Assembly (NCBI RefSeq): GCF_006345805.1
Contig: NC_042999.1
Span: 94,116,001-94,180,000, forward strand
DNA from: Octopus sinensis
Taxonomy: Eukaryota
Length of the DNA: 64,000 bases
Reading direction: 5' to 3'
The notes beneath the pieces were generated by a model. That model was not told where the DNA came from and did no database searches. It was given only the letters and a program-made list of their open reading frames with translations. The translations under genes were made by a program, and so were the position numbers. Shown here one piece after another: positions 23,980-39,163 of the stretch. The stretch's first letter is position 1. Every line of letters begins with the position of its first letter.

Positions 23980-24150
23980 TTAGTCACCGGCAGTTGTCAT
24001 GCTGGAACATCATCTTAAAACGTTTATTCAAGCAAATCGACCGTAGTGTGCATATGTTTTTAAGTCTAGTACTTATAGTATTGGTTTCTTTTGCGCAAAA
24101 ATTAAGTTAGAAGGACGTAAACAACCAAACACTGGTTGACAACTGGTGGC
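23980..24150 (-). mobile_element. Degenerate 3' part of SINE family C
   Basis: catgctggaacatc...caagcaaatcgacc...gtactta...ggacgtaaaca resembles 35880-35990. Confidence 0.5.
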
Positions 24151-24879
24151 TGTGGGCAACTAATACAAGCACAGATACTCACACGTACTCCATTATAACT
24201 TCATACCGAATCACATCGGCCGATTTTTGGAATCATTAAAGTAATAATCAACAAATATCTTCATCATGAAAGTCAAGTATAGCACATAGATCCTTTCACG
24301 GAATGCATATTTACAGATCACGGAATGCATATTTACTGATCAGTGTGAAAAAGAAAATAATTTCTAGCTATCTAATAGAAGATTAAGCCGTTTTCTGGAT
24401 AAGACACACATTTCATATACTTACTTACAAAGAAACACCCTTATCTGATATCTGCTGCGAATCGTCTCGTGACCTCCATGTCGAACAAGAAGAAATAAGA
24501 AATACAAATATGGATTCTCTGTCTATAATACCAATTTCTGTTCCTAATTAAATTTGCTTCTTTTTATTTTTTAGATGTAGATATGTCATCCTTTGTATGT
24601 TGTTTTTTTTCTAAAAGACAAAGCGCAATATTAGAAGTATTTGCAAACCTCTCGAAACCTGACAGTATACATTTTGAACACATCAAAAATATAAAATAAA
24701 TTCCAAGATTCCAGGAATCTGCACATGGCCATTTGGACTTTTACAAATAATATACAAATATCTATAAATATCTATGAATGAGCTGGCCCTAACCCAAAAC
24801 TTGAAAGCATTATCATCGCCGTCGTCGTAGTCGATGTCATCATCATCATCGTCGTTGTTGTTGATATTTCTTTTTATCA

Positions 24880-27800
24880 TAGGTTTTATTGTAACTGTTG
24901 AAGTCTTGCATGCGTAGAGGGTTTACTGCGTGCAGCCTACAATACCATGCTATCCGTTCTTTTCAGCTATCTAATACTTTCCTCATTATTCTGGCAGTGC
25001 CATGGAGGAAAAAGCTTTTGTAAGAGTTCTACTGTGCACACTATTAAGTTGCAATTATATTCCTCTTGACGCCTTCTGATACTATTCACAAGAACCCAAC
25101 AATAATTGGCACTATCTTCACCACTTCATTTTCAATAGCTGGGCTATTTCGTACATAAGAAGGTTGTATTTATCTATTTTTTCGCCTTCAACCTTGAATT
25201 TTCCTGGTCAAAGGGGAACGTATTATCAACTATAAAGCACATATAGAACATCTCGAGCGCCACTAGGCCAGGTCTCTTATTCTCTGGCACCTTATTTGTT
25301 AGGAGTGGGAAATCCGGGAAGATTTTGCTGGTCTCCCACTCCGACACTCTCTGCTATTTCAATTCTTTCTGCCGACATTTCTTGGTGCCGACTTTTGCAA
25401 TGCATCTAGATTGTAGGATATTTCTAAGGTTTTCAGATGTTTATTTGTTCAGATTGGATGGCATTCGATCCAATGCTCCGATAACAATGGGAATAAACTT
25501 TATGTTTAACTCTTGTAGCTGCCACATCTTAGCCATCACAATTTTTAGGTTTCCATATTTATCAATCTTGTCTCTTTCATGTTATGTTGATCTCGTGGTA
25601 CTGCCACATCAATTATTAGGCACACTTGTTTGTCACTACTAAAGGTTACTATATCCGGCCTTCGGTGCTTTAACTTTCATCTGTCTGAAAATCAAAGTCC
25701 CAGAGGATTTCTGCCTTTCCCTTTTCGTTTATAACTTATTCCAGCATATATTTGTACCAAGTACCCGTAACATCATATCAGTACTTACGGCATAGTGGCC
25801 AGTTGAGGTTTTGGGCTACTTTGTAGTGTCTACGCTTGCACACTTTCTGCGCAAGTCTTTCAAAAGTTCTAAAAATATGAGTCACACTTTCGACCTTCTT
25901 CCCTCACATTCTGCAGAGATCCGTTGCACTTGTGTGGTATATATTCCTTTTCACTGAGTTGGTAAACGTTTTCTATATGCTGTCAGTTCCGCCCTCCACT
26001 TCACAATACCTTTCCCTAGCAATCGTTCAACATTCGATGCAGTACCAAATAGGTTCATACACTCCATAATCCAAGAATTTGGGATTATATCATGCGCTTT
26101 ATGATAGTCGATCCATGACATGGCTAAGTTAATTTTACCTCCTCTTGCAGTCTCTAAATACAGTTTTGTCTACCAGGAGTTGATCCTTGATACCTCTGCA
26201 ATTAGGCTTATAACCCTTCTGTTCATGTGGCAGGATTCCATTTTTTCACAGATGACCGTACATTGACTCTACGACTATTCCAGTCAATAATTTCCACATA
26301 ATTATTATGCAGGATATTGGCCTTTAATTGTCTACCGTATTGCCTTTCTCGATGCTTTTCAAGCACAGAATCAACCTACCCATTGGCAACCAATCTGGTC
26401 GGAATTTACTTGATCGGCATTTAACAAGCTGTTGAGTTGTACAGCTATTCGTGCATGACATTCAGCAAATATTTTGGCCCAGTAGCACTGAACTCTATCT
26501 GGTCCCGTGGACTTCCAGTTGTCAATTTCTTTGCTGACTTCCTTCACTTCCCTAAGTAAAATTATTAGCCCTATCTGTTTTGGAAATACTACTGTTTGTT
26601 TCAGTTCTTGCAACCTTCAGCATCCTTCTTGCGCTCATTGTCTTTACTCCAGATGCCACCCCAAGACCTTTGACTTTCAATGTTATTTGCTATGAACTTT
26701 TCATCTGTACACTCCCCGTTTATATCTGGGTAGAATCTCTTCTGATTTACTCTGAATAACCTATTCCGCTGGCATCCCTTCATTCTTTGGTCGTATCTTA
26801 CCATCTTTGCTTTCATTGCAACGTGGTTCTGTTTCAGTTCTTCTATTACCAATTTCATGCCCTTTCTTTCAATATTATACTTCCTGTTCAGTGCCCTGTA
26901 TTTTTGTCGGATTTTAAGCTCCCTCTTCTCTTGTCGGTCTAACACATAAATATCCTTCGAGGGCATATCTAACTCCGCCTGTATTCTTCTTTCCACCATG
27001 AATCTTTTCTTTCGTCACTCCCAATATATTTCTTTTTCTTGATATCAACACCCACGTTTTCTGCTAGAAAAATACTTGCTGTCTTGATCAAATTATTTGT
27101 TTCTTATTTCTTTGTGGCCCACAAGGGGCTAAACATAGAAGGGAACTCAGAACATAACGGCAGACGAAATACCACAAGGGGCTAAACACAGAGGAGACAA
27201 ACAAGGACAGACAAACGGATTAAGTCGATTATATCGACCCCAGTGCGTAACTGGTACTTAATTTATCGACCCCTAAAGGATGAAAGGCAAAGTCGACCTC
27301 GGCGGAATTTGAACTCAGAACGTAACGGCAGACGAAATACGGCAACGCATTTCACCCGGCGTGCTAACGTTTCAGCCAGCTCGTCACCTTGATCAAATTA
27401 TTGGCTCTGTAATGTTTTTTGTTCAGATATATTTTAGAATTTCATTCACATTTTTCGTTTCTTGGTTCAATTTCCACCGCTCAACCTTCCTAAGGTTGCA
27501 AATAATGTCAATATCGTTCTCCTGTAGCCTAGCCTGTGTTCTGTCTTAGATTGCCCTTTGCTCATCTGTCATGTTACCATTGTCTTCTTCTAAACCATCT
27601 CTATGCCTCTCATCGAGCAAGCTATCACTATTCCTTTCCAGTGGTTTATTAGAGATTTCACCTCTGTTTTCTGCTATTAGATTACTTTTATCAGTAGGAA
27701 CTGTATTTTCATTTTCTCCTATGCTGCTGCTTTCCAATACCAGTCTTTTGTTAGCTTCGAGCTCTAATTCTATGAACCAGTGATTTTTTCTTATTGCTCT

Positions 27801-28030
27801 TGCTTGATCACATAATCTCTGTTCTGTCTGTCCTCTTTCTCTCCATTGATAGTCTGTTAGTTTTATTCAAACCCGAAACAATTCCTCTTAACAACATGTT
27901 TAGGATGGCCCCCCACTACTTCTGCTTGTGATCAGAGATGCGCATATCGTCATTCAGAAAGAGATATGCTTAACTGATTGAGGTGAAACAAATGACAAGC
28001 AAATATGTGGTATTGATCAGTTTATTTGCT
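24880..28030 (-). mobile_element. Degenerate R4/Dong-clade (RLE) LINE, copy 1
   Basis: Minus-strand fragments EQRLCDQARAIRK (N-terminus), EELKQ...RYDQR...NRLFRVNQKRFY, NWKSTGPDRVQCYWAK and RLE-like KVEGEKIDKY; many stops and frameshifts. Confidence 0.85.
27117..27390 (-). mobile_element. SINE family B nested in Dong copy 1
   Basis: Reverse complement of the 10307 SINE (aaaggcaaagtcgacctcggcggaatttgaactcagaacg), with a partly duplicated 3' junction. Confidence 0.9.
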
Positions 28031-28040
28031 TATCATTATT

Positions 28041-28118
28041 ACCCTCCAGCCTTCTTCAGGAATCTTGAGGAAATTTCGAATCTGGGTTCTCATTTCTAAG
28101 GTATTTTTCGATGTTATT
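28041..28118 (-). mobile_element. Truncated Penelope-like pLTR (same family as 48421 and 52749)
   Basis: accctccagccttcttcagg...aaatttcgaatctgggttctcatttctaaggtatttttcgatg, followed by (ATT)n. Confidence 0.75.
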
Positions 28119-28158
28119 ATTATTATTATGATTACTATTATTGTTGTTGTTGTTGTTG

Positions 28159-28240
<82 letters not shown>
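28119..28240. repeat. (ATT)n/(GTT)n array
   Basis: Read directly. Confidence 0.95.
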
Positions 28241-28244
<4 letters not shown>

Positions 28245-28620
28245 TAGTTTTAATTTTATAGCGTGCTTTCACTTCACTACCGAGCGCAGCTTTGTGTGCC
28301 TTGGGTATGTGCTGTGATTTGTTGTGATGCTCTGATGGTTATTGTATGGAAAGTGTTCTGCGTAGGATGTGTGCAGTGCCTAGTAGTGCAATTTTCTGTA
28401 TGTTATATGTGTTTGTAAGTCCTGGTGTTTTCGTTATGTATTTGTCTGAATATTTTTTTATCATGCCTAATGCACCTACTATGATAGGAATTGTTTCGGT
28501 TTTTAGATTCCACATTCTGGTTACCTCTATTTCCAGGTCTTTGTATTTTGAGAGTTTCTCCATTTCTTTTAGAGACACGTTGTCATCTGCCGGTATTGAT
28601 ACATCAATTAGAAAGCATTT
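28241..28620 (-). mobile_element. R4/Dong-clade LINE 3' end (RLE domain and 3' UTR), young family
   Basis: KCFLIDVSIPADDNV...EKLSKYKDLEIE...PIIVGALG; 2 aa differences from the end of 51556-52371 and a nearly identical 3' UTR; (ATT)n on both sides. Confidence 0.92.
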
Positions 28621-28621
28621 T

Positions 28622-28688
<67 letters not shown>

Positions 28689-28705
28689 CATCATCATCAC
28701 CATCA

Positions 28706-28737
<32 letters not shown>

Positions 28738-30035
28738 TGATGAAAACCCTCAGCTTAATTTGCTGGGTGTGATGGAATGTATCAGCTGTCCACAGCCAGC
28801 AGACTAAGATGACACTTGTTTATTGTCCACGCTTCAAGAACTCAGTGAAGTATTCTGACAGTTCAAAGTACGCTGGTTCTTGTAGATATTCTAGATGTAC
28901 TTTTGTACCAATCTTCTTGAGCCTTGTTGGTAGTTGAGTGCTGATACTCCCAAGAGCGCCAATTACTATTGGTAATACGTCTACTCTCCTCAGTGACCAC
29001 AAACTTCGTATCTCCCACTTCAAATTGACATAGTTGCTAAGTTTTCTTTATTTTAATTGCTTCTAGCTCCAATTCTGACAACCATTCTTTCTCATTGCTC
29101 CTGCTTGGTCACATATCTGCGCAGTAATTTCAAACAGATTAATTGCCTTCCGTTCTCTGTGTATTCATATTCTGTACCCTCTGACTGGCACGCCAGTTGC
29201 ATCCACCGGGATACTATGTTAGTAATACTCTATAACCATCATCTTTACCTATTTACTCCACGTGTTCTGAAGTAGGTACTTCTGTAGTCCTATGGTTGTT
29301 ATTTTGTAATATTTTTCTAACTATATAAGACCTCTAACACCTTCGATACGTCTTATATATAGCATTTCTACATCCTAAATCCTAAAGTCATTATTTTTCT
29401 TGTTTTCCTGTCTATTTTGATTAGTTCAGTTAGAGTCCACTTAAGAATATTGTAGCTGTAACTTATAACTGGGACAGCTAGAGTGTTGATGCCCATTATC
29501 TTGATTTTCACATTGAGTTCTGTTTACAGCATTAATCTAACACGTCTATAGTATTCTTTTCTAATCTTCTGTTTCATATGTGTGTGTTGTATCGTGTCTA
29601 GTTCATTGATTCCTGAGTATTTGTATGTCTGGCTTTGATGTATTTCACCTATTCCACTTGTTTCATTTAGTGTGATGTTGCTACACGTAAATAGTTTTTC
29701 TCATTTAAAGGTTGCTTTGACACACTTTTCTCAGCCAAATGTCATGTTTATTTATTATTTTATTTTAGTAAATAGATGTACTGTCTGTAGTAATATTTCC
29801 AGCTGTTTAAAATTTGTAGCGTACAGTTTAGATTAACTATATATAAGAGGTGGCTGATTGTTTTGCTGTAACGTTTGCATCCATATCCAGTTCTATTTAG
29901 CATGTCAGACAAAGGTGTCAATGCCTAGCAGAAAAGTAGTGGAGAGAGTGTGTCTTCCTAGAATATACCTCTACTAATGGGGAGTCCCTCTTTTGCCTGG
30001 AGCTGTAGCACTGTCTGCTTTTAATTCATGGAAAT
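28738..30035 (-). mobile_element. Degenerate R4/Dong-clade LINE, different family
   Basis: RT remnants RGIF*EDTLSPLLFC...ISHLLYI and RLE remnant VLPIVIGALGSI; bounded by ATT-rich arrays at 28621-28737 and 30045-30125. Confidence 0.8.
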
Positions 30036-30049
30036 TTTTATTTATTTTA

Positions 30050-30124
<75 letters not shown>

Positions 30125-30125
30125 T

Positions 30126-30285
30126 AAGGTAGCCAGCTAATAGCATTGTTAACATATTGGACAGAATGCTTATCACTATTTCATCCATATTTACGTTCTC
30201 AGTTCGGGGTCGAAAAATTAAGTACCAGTTGAGCACTGACTTTGTTGTAATCGCCTTATCCTTCTCCAGGCCGTGTGCCTCAATT
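30126..30285 (+). mobile_element. Degenerate, internally deleted SINE family B
   Basis: ttacgttctcagttc...ggggtcgaaaaattaagtaccagttgagcactg. Confidence 0.6.
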
Positions 30286-31035
30286 ATAAAGGATTGTTAT
30301 TATTGTAGATATTGCTTTTTCTGTGGTTATGCCGCCAGTTTTACTGGAAAAAAATTATTACTGTACAATATGTTAGAGAAATAATGAACGTCGTTGAATA
30401 AATAATACTGGTAACTTACTCTGCAATAATTGAATATTTCATCGCTATGACTACATTTTCCGCATATGAGCAGGTCATATGGATTCCACAAGGGAATATT
30501 TGTCTTGGATTCACAACAAAGCAACTGCATACTCCACGTATCGGGTAAATATAACTACGCAAGCAACAATATTTTTATTAGAATTGGTAACAAAATAGCC
30601 CTCACAATTGATTTTCATATAGTAAAATCAGAAAAGGTATTGTTTATCTTAACTGCAAGTACTGACTGGATGATAGGTCTGAAATGCATTTGATCATAGT
30701 ACACCTAACTCGAGGTAAAATAAATGAGTTGATTTAAGATATTTACGTTCATTTATTTTAGAGATGGACAATCTGGTCAAGATTGTTCAATGCAACGTAA
30801 CAATGTTTGCGGATCAATGTAACCTCGCTAGACTTTTCTAGATATTGGCAGCTTCTGTAATCTTCATTGAAATCTGACTTGATTAAAATGATCAAAAAGA
30901 TCAGGAACAATACTGAATGACAGAGAATTAAACGCCGTAATGACATAACATAGACGCAACAGAGATAGAATATATATATATATATAAGCTCATATGACCA
31001 AAGTTGAACATAAGACAGTTTAACATAATAGCAAT

Positions 31036-31084
<49 letters not shown>

Positions 31085-31635
31085 ATAGGTAGATATATAA
31101 CGATGTAATAGAGCAAAAATATAAGTGTACATGCTGCAAAGTTAATCAACAATACAATCAAGAAAACGTTTTATATGAAAGCTTATATTCTTTAGGAAAA
31201 ATTATTTTTTCCGTCGTATATATCAAAATGCTTTCCTAATTTCATCATCAGACACACACCGGCACTTCGTAGAATGTGTATTTATCAATAAATAATGGAA
31301 ATTTGTTTGGCAGACAGAAGTAATTCCCATATCGTTTCTCGAAATAACATGCAAGCATAAATTTACTGTTGGGAAATATTTCATCATGTCAGGAATATTC
31401 ATCTGTAGATTATTTTTTTAGTTGCCTAGTGAAATTTCTCAGGAATTCGATTTGGCTTCATTGTCGGTTTTAGTGAATTTGTTTTTCTTCTACATTATGT
31501 CTCAGTCATACCGAAATTATATTGATGTACACTTTGACAAAATAAGTTTAATTTTGGCTTTAATAGAATATAAAATAAAGCTCATGAAATATATACATAT
31601 ATATATATATATATTATATATATATATATATATAT

Positions 31636-31720
<85 letters not shown>

Positions 31721-32154
31721 ATATGTGGGCACAGGACGTCTCGATACATGTACAACAAAAAATACGAAGTAGAAGTACATGGATTCTGAACTATGTTTTC
31801 AAACGACGAAAGACACAAATGGAAAACAATACAATCAACACAAAGAAGACACTTCATCAGTTGTTGTATAAAAATCATTCAGTCATAGGCAATATGAGGT
31901 CAAGAAGAAAAATGGGTTAAACTTTGTATATTTCGAAAAGCAAAGTAGATTGTCAGAAATGAGTAGCGTCCTACGAATTAACGTGCTTCATTTGGGTACT
32001 TCTAAAATTGAAGCAATGGTCCATTTTTCTATGTTATCCAACCGAATTCAGAAAATGATATTCACCAATATACATGTAATTTGGGCAAGTTTTAAGAAAT
32101 TATTATTTATCACGAAGACGGCGAACAGGCAGAATCATAAGCACGTCAAGAAAA

Positions 32155-32310
32155 ATGCTTAGCCTTATAATAAGCGACTGTGCGTTCTGCGTTCAATTTC
32201 CGCCGATGACGACTTTGCTTTTGACCATTTAGGGACGCTAAAAAATAGCATTACGAGCAGAGTTCGATGTAGTTGACGAGCCGTTTCCCTCAAACCTTCA
32301 TGCCTTATAT
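32155..32310 (+). mobile_element. Degenerate SINE family B
   Basis: aaatgcttagc...gttcaatttccgccgatgacgactttgctttt. Confidence 0.55.
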
Positions 32311-33908
32311 GAATAGTAAAAAGCAAATAATTAGAAAAGTCAAATCAAATTTATAGAATTTCTACAACCTCTACTGGATTAATCGTTACTGATGCAGAGC
32401 TTCAGCAGTTTCTCTGGTACTGATATTGGTAACATACAGCCTTTCAAAATATACAATCTGATTTCTAGGGTTAAATGTTCAAAGCTGAGTGCAATTGGGA
32501 GTTAGACCTCACGATAAAATGTGTTGAAGGATGGTTAATCCAGTAACTTTTCAAAATATGTGGCGTGATTAAATTATTGCCTTTTGTTGTGGTTAGTCAA
32601 ACACACAGGGTATGTGTGTGAGAGGATTTACATGTTACAGGTGGTTAGAACTTTGAAAAAAAATGTTATTTTCTGCAGATCTATTTACTCTGATGACTAT
32701 ATTGCGTAATTAATCTGAAAAATGTATTTATATTAGTTATATATCTCCTGTCTGAATATATCAGCTGCTGCACTACGTTTCAAGTGACACTGACTAACAT
32801 ACTTAATTCCGCCTATTCATTTCCACGTACGTTGTGCACATATCCGTATATATGCATGCATGTAAAAAATATATTCACATATCTGTGCAAATGTATGTAT
32901 GAATGTGCGGCACTGTTGTTAAACAGAACGTATAAACATATATTCTCCAGTGCACTGATATTCTTGTATTTGTTTCTATGGGATTTGGATTTGAGTTAAT
33001 ACGTGTGTAATACGTGAATATGTCAGTGCTTGTATATATATATATATATAGTAAAGGGACATGCATCGAAGTTGCTATAGCGCTATATTGTGTAGGAGTC
33101 ATCTTCTACACGTCAACAACAGCAATATACGTAAATGTAATTATATTATAAATTATCTTAATGATGATGATCTACAAAATTTCGTTAAGTATGCAAAAAT
33201 CATCTTTTAAAGCAATCTTTTTATTCATTAGTTGTCAAGTAAAATATGTGAGAGATGGGTATGGGGCATGAAATAAACAAAGCGATAAGCATCAATAAAC
33301 AAATAGAAAAGACAACAGATAAAAATGCATTAAAACAATGTTATAAAGAAGTGTGGTAGAGCTTAGAATATCAGAGGCAAATGCTATTCTCGTACTGCTG
33401 TTATTTTGTTGCACAATTGTCAAATAGACAAATTCGCAGTCATTTGAAAAAAATATTTACAAACTGACATCGCCATGATGATGTCCAATTATAGTTAATG
33501 GAATGGCATGCTAATTAGGTTCTTTTTATGTGAATTATATTCCTTTACGAACAGCAGAACTAATGTCACCATTACCCTGCTAATTATTGGGTTTTCTTGT
33601 TTATCTAAGCGTTATTCCTGTGTTACATGTATGAGTTTGTGTTTGCGTGTGCGCACTTTTGTATTTATACCATATATACATATATGTATGTATGTGTTTT
33701 TGGTGTGTATGCACGTCTGTGTAAATATGCTTATTATTTTTACATGTATAAAATATTTTTTTTAAATATTCAATATCAGCTTCACTTCCTGTAGAAACAC
33801 AATTATGCAAGATGAAAATATACAAATGCTCACAGAACGGAGAGACACAGTTAGACACATATACATAAATATATACACTTATATATGTATGTATATATAC
33901 ATATGTAA

Positions 33909-33966
<58 letters not shown>

Positions 33967-35849
33967 GTGTGTGTGTATGTGTATACAAAATTCCAGTTCC
34001 TATTTATAGAAATAAATAAAATGAATGCATAAACTGACAGACATATATATATATATGCGTGTGTGTTTCATATATGTATTATGTATGTATGCAAGTATTT
34101 ATGTGTGTGTGCCAATTTAATCAGACAGTACATGTCCACGTCTTCATAAACAGAAATTGGAATTTTCCATGTGTATTTATTTAGTGATTTTTTAAAGAAA
34201 TCATTACGCATATATCCAACATTCCATCATACCCACTAAATGGAAGATTCAGAATCAATTTTATTATTACTTTCTTTTTGTTAATTTACCCAACATAGAC
34301 CGAGGTACAATCTATCCGCATCAGTAAACGGATTTGAAGATAAATTGACACACACGCTAAATGCTCAGGGGAAGTAAAATATTCTTCACTTTAGGTTATT
34401 AGAGAGGAAGACATAAGTTCCAAGGCTATTGGGGCTACTTCGATATGTAAAACATTTCAAACTATAAGAAATTAATATTTCTTGAAAGCACTTCAGTCAA
34501 TATTCCCTGTTAACTTTTGAAGGAGTTAATTCTTTACTGGCGACATTCTGAACTATAGAACAAAATTATACGAGCTAAACTGCTTCATTATCAGTGAGAT
34601 AACTTGACGACGTTGAGCTTAACGTTGGTAATCGATTTAGATCTAACTACTTTTAGTGAAAGTCAAATAGTAACAGTCATGATATTCAGCAATAAACTTT
34701 AAGGAAAAGAACCTTCATGTATAATAAATGGAGGTCAAGAGTACAGAAGAAATGGCTTAATGGCACCAGTTTTAGAGAATGAATAATCCGGCAACCATGG
34801 TTACCAAATTCTCGGTAGCCATTATCTCCGTGCATTATGGCATTTTATTAAAATAACTTCAGTGCACAATACAAATCTCATCTCTTCCTTATTACTCGTT
34901 GACTAAAAGGCATTAGCAATTCAAAACTATCACTTTAACAGACATGGCAGAAATTGTACACCATGATTTAGTAGTCATAAATAATTTTTTCTGAAGACTA
35001 CAGAACTTAACCACTTTTAGAAATATTCCTTCGTACGCAGTGAAATATATTTTGGCAAAATTGTAAAACACATCAGATTGAAAGCTCCACGTATCAGTAG
35101 TGACATATTATTATATAAAACAAAATACAATGTACCTGTCTCTATGGTACTATATATGATGTATAGGGACATTCTTATGATTGACATACACTGGTCATGC
35201 ATCCGTCAGTAAACATCTATTTCAGATGTATACATACATACATACATGCATGCATACACACACACACATACATACGTGTATGCATAAAATTTACAGTTCC
35301 ATTATATGTAGGATCAACAAAAATCTACTCCATTCAGTGAGCGATAAATAACATTTAATATACTCTATTCACAGAATAGTTACTAATAGTTTCATGCTTT
35401 AGAGACACAAAAATTTGCAGATTTGTAGAATATGGCGTGGGTCTCCAAATAATCGTTCATGCTCAATACCTATCGTTTCATGAATTTAAAAAGCAGGACG
35501 CTTGTCTATTAGGGTAAATGAATAAAGAACAGAGAAGCGCTATGAAAGTGATGAAATAAAAGTAAAATTCATAATTAATCTATATGCGGAGAATAACTGT
35601 GACGAGGCCAAAGAGACCTACCAGATCACATATGTCTGCACTGTCACATGATCACATCGATACACCAAACAATTAATTCGTATGGTACATTTCAATCCAT
35701 ACAGAAGCTTCATTGAATAGGACAATTTTACGTGCATATTCTATGTGATGAATATTGACATCTTGGAACGTTCTCGCCTTATCAGGCAACGATATTCGTA
35801 TCGAAGGATAAATATCTACAATATCAAACTGTAAATTAAGTTCTATACA

Positions 35850-36210
35850 TATACTCTTTTACTCCTTTACTTGTTTCAGTCATTTGACTGCGGCCATGCT
35901 GGAGCACCACCTTTTAGTACTTATTCTATCGGTCTCTTTTTGCCGAACCGCTCAGTGACGGGGACGTTAACACACCAGCATCGGTTGTCAAGCAATGCTA
36001 GGGGGACAAACACAAACACACACATATACATATATATACATATATACGACAGGCTTCTTTCAGTTTCCGTCTACCAAATCCACTCACAAGGCATTGGTTG
36101 GCCCGGGGCTATAGTAGAAGACACTTGCCCAAGATGGCACGCAGTGGGACTGAACCCGCAACCGTGTGGTTGGTTAGCAAGCTACTTACCACACAGCCAC
36201 TCCTGCGCCT
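35850..36210 (-). mobile_element. tRNA-derived SINE (family C)
   Basis: Minus-strand head aggcgcaggagtggctgtgtggtaagtagc...gggttcagtcccactgcgtg, core cttgggcaagtgtcttctactatagc and a short tandem tail. Confidence 0.88.
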
Positions 36211-36724
36211 ATCCTGAATTTTTTTATATAATAATGTGTTCGATGTTGATTTCTTAAGTTTCCCAAGACGTAAATTCACCACACTACTTAACTCCACATC
36301 TGAAATGTTTAACCAATGCAAGCAAACGGTCGAGTTCTTTTTTCCGAAATGGAAGATACCACCCGATGCGGATTAAGAAGTTATTTCACAGATTTTGCTC
36401 TCCTCTCTCTTATACTATTCTACAACTGCTAGGTTAATTTCGATTTTTATAGACAGTGAGCACGAAGATCTTGGTTTCCTACTTTTTTTACTTTCTTCCC
36501 GTTCCACACCTCGTTTTTTTTCTCATGTTTTCTCATAAACCAGCGTCCTATAGTTTTGATACATTCAGTTATATGGTCTGAGCCTGAAAGATTGCTTTGG
36601 GAGACAGCAAGTTATATAAAACTGCTAAAAGTTTGTATCTGTAAGGCATAAAACTATTAACAGCTTTTTTGTAAACAGTGTGTATCAAATGATGGACACA
36701 CACACACACATACACACACAGGCA

Positions 36725-36792
<68 letters not shown>

Positions 36793-39130
36793 ATGTATAT
36801 ACATGTGGGTGTTGACTTCGTATCAATGCATTTATGTGTATGTTTGTGTGCGCATGTGTGTGTATGCCTCTGTGTGTATGTGTATATAAATAGTCGGCCA
36901 AAGAATGTTTTAATTTTAGAGATAAAATAATTTTTTTCAACTCATCTCTGTCTCCCCTTTCGCTCACTCCCCAACCCTACCCTTAAAAAGCATTATGATA
37001 TAGGATAATAGCCAACCGTGGAGTCTTATTCGAGAATTCCCAGCCTTATTTTATCACCTCTGTTAAAATAAACTCACTGTGTCTAGTTACATCCGCCTAT
37101 GTTTGACTTTTCATATCAATGTTGGGTTCATTCACCCTTCCCTTTAATAGTGCGAGCACATCGTGTCTATAGGAAGATCAGTTTAATGCTCTATATAGAA
37201 GTAAAATTCGAAATCAATGCATGATGCATTTCATTACATCTCGCTGCATAAAATGATAAGTTTATTTAGTTGGTTGTTAATTGCGTACAAACTGTTCAGA
37301 ATATACTTAGGAATACAACTTTCATTCATGCTATGTATATTGTCAATTTCAGAGATGAAAGTCGCTAAGCTGTGAATTGGTTTTCGATAGGGCTCTGTGT
37401 AACCATCTTGGGTTGGTGACTTGACTAGTTTTCTCTTTGAGGTTACCGAAATTCTACGGCTATATCTTAGGAGACATACATTGAACTTTCTCTCCTGTAT
37501 ATCATTCGACATCTTACCAGAAGGATTTTAAATGGCAGGTTGAATACGTACATAAATGGCAACTTGAATACATACATAAATGGAAATCATTAATAACCAG
37601 CTTCCTGTGGCAGCTTTGAAATAAGATTCTACTAGTTATTTTCACAGATAGCTTTAACGTTAAGTTAGAACGGCATTTTCAACGATGGTTAACAAATCTG
37701 AGAGCAATATAACTGCATAATAGTCAGTGTGTACTCGGAAAATTTGCTACGATGACATTCAATATAGTTTACGCATTCGATTTTAATAGTAAGTTGCATG
37801 CGCATTTCAAAAGCTGTTGATTGTCGTTCCAATATAAAAGTAGTCGCATGATAAAGACTGTTGTCAAAAAGTTCTGTCAGATGTTTTATGAAGTTAAAAT
37901 CAAATATAAAGTCTGATAGGAGATTCTCACATACAAAACGTCGCAACATGCCATATGTTGCTCAGGAACCTAGGCAAGGTGTGTCGTATTCTATCCTATG
38001 TTAGAGGAATTTTAAACACGTCAAACACAAGGGTTTTACATTTGAAACTAATATCTCACTGACGGAGATATTTATTAATTTTATGTGCAAACCGGCTGAA
38101 TTGTACAAATTACCATCACACTAGACCTTGCCGGAGGACGAAATTGACAGGGGTGAGCAGAAAGCTTAGCAATCCCATGGTCATCCAGGACCAAATGAGG
38201 GCCTTTACAAAATCCCATCGTAACTGCAGAAAATCTTGGATTTGACATGATTGTAGGGAGGTATATATGTTTGTATGAATGTATGTATGTATGTATGTAT
38301 GTATGTATGTATATATGCATTATTATATAAAATTGCGCATAACACACTCACACACACATATTTTATTTCTATGCATTATTGACCGTAATTCTCTCCGAAA
38401 TGGATGAATTCTGCTTTAGAACTTTCCCCCCACATTTCTTAGAATTCATTATTTATTTGAATTTGTCAAACTTATGTGATGAATCATATGTATTTGTTTG
38501 ATACTCGTAGTTATATAATTACAAAAAGGACAGCTAACATATAAATGATTTGATCCTAGGTATGAGGCACAGGCTACACAAAGATGTATGTTCATTCTGC
38601 TCCTTGTTTGTAATCTATTCATGTCGGAATGTATTTTTGAATATAACCTTCGGTTATGAACCATACATTATTTGTTTTAAAAGCAATTACAACAGAAGAG
38701 TTAATTAGAAGTTTCTGATACTTGTTTTGTAGCATGTTTTTCTTTTTTATCACTGAATCAAATTGTTAAATATTTGTGTGTACACTGCTGGCAGATATAA
38801 TTATTCTTAACGCTCAACACTATCGCTTATCTAAATTCAATACTAAGTTTAATTTGAAACGTAGCTGTTAGGCCATTTTTCCTTGAACATTTGATATAAT
38901 AACCGATTTGGACATTGGTACCATGAACAGTATCTTGCGGAAGTAACTCTATATGACTTCCGTTACTACGCTATACTCCAAATAAATTTCGCATTTTATT
39001 CTAGTGGTTTCCTCTTTACTCGAATATTGCATAACACTAAACAAATTATTCAAGGCTATTTCGTTTCGCGTCTCAAATATTTTTCTCTCACTATTAAAAA
39101 CTTCATCACTCCTCTATGTCTCAATCCCTC

Positions 39131-39163
<33 letters not shown>

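Noticed and set aside
30410-30520. Possible minus-strand exon (tatgcag ... AGA/gtaagt)
   Set aside because: Good donor but weak polypyrimidine tract, no recognisable protein similarity and no partner exons
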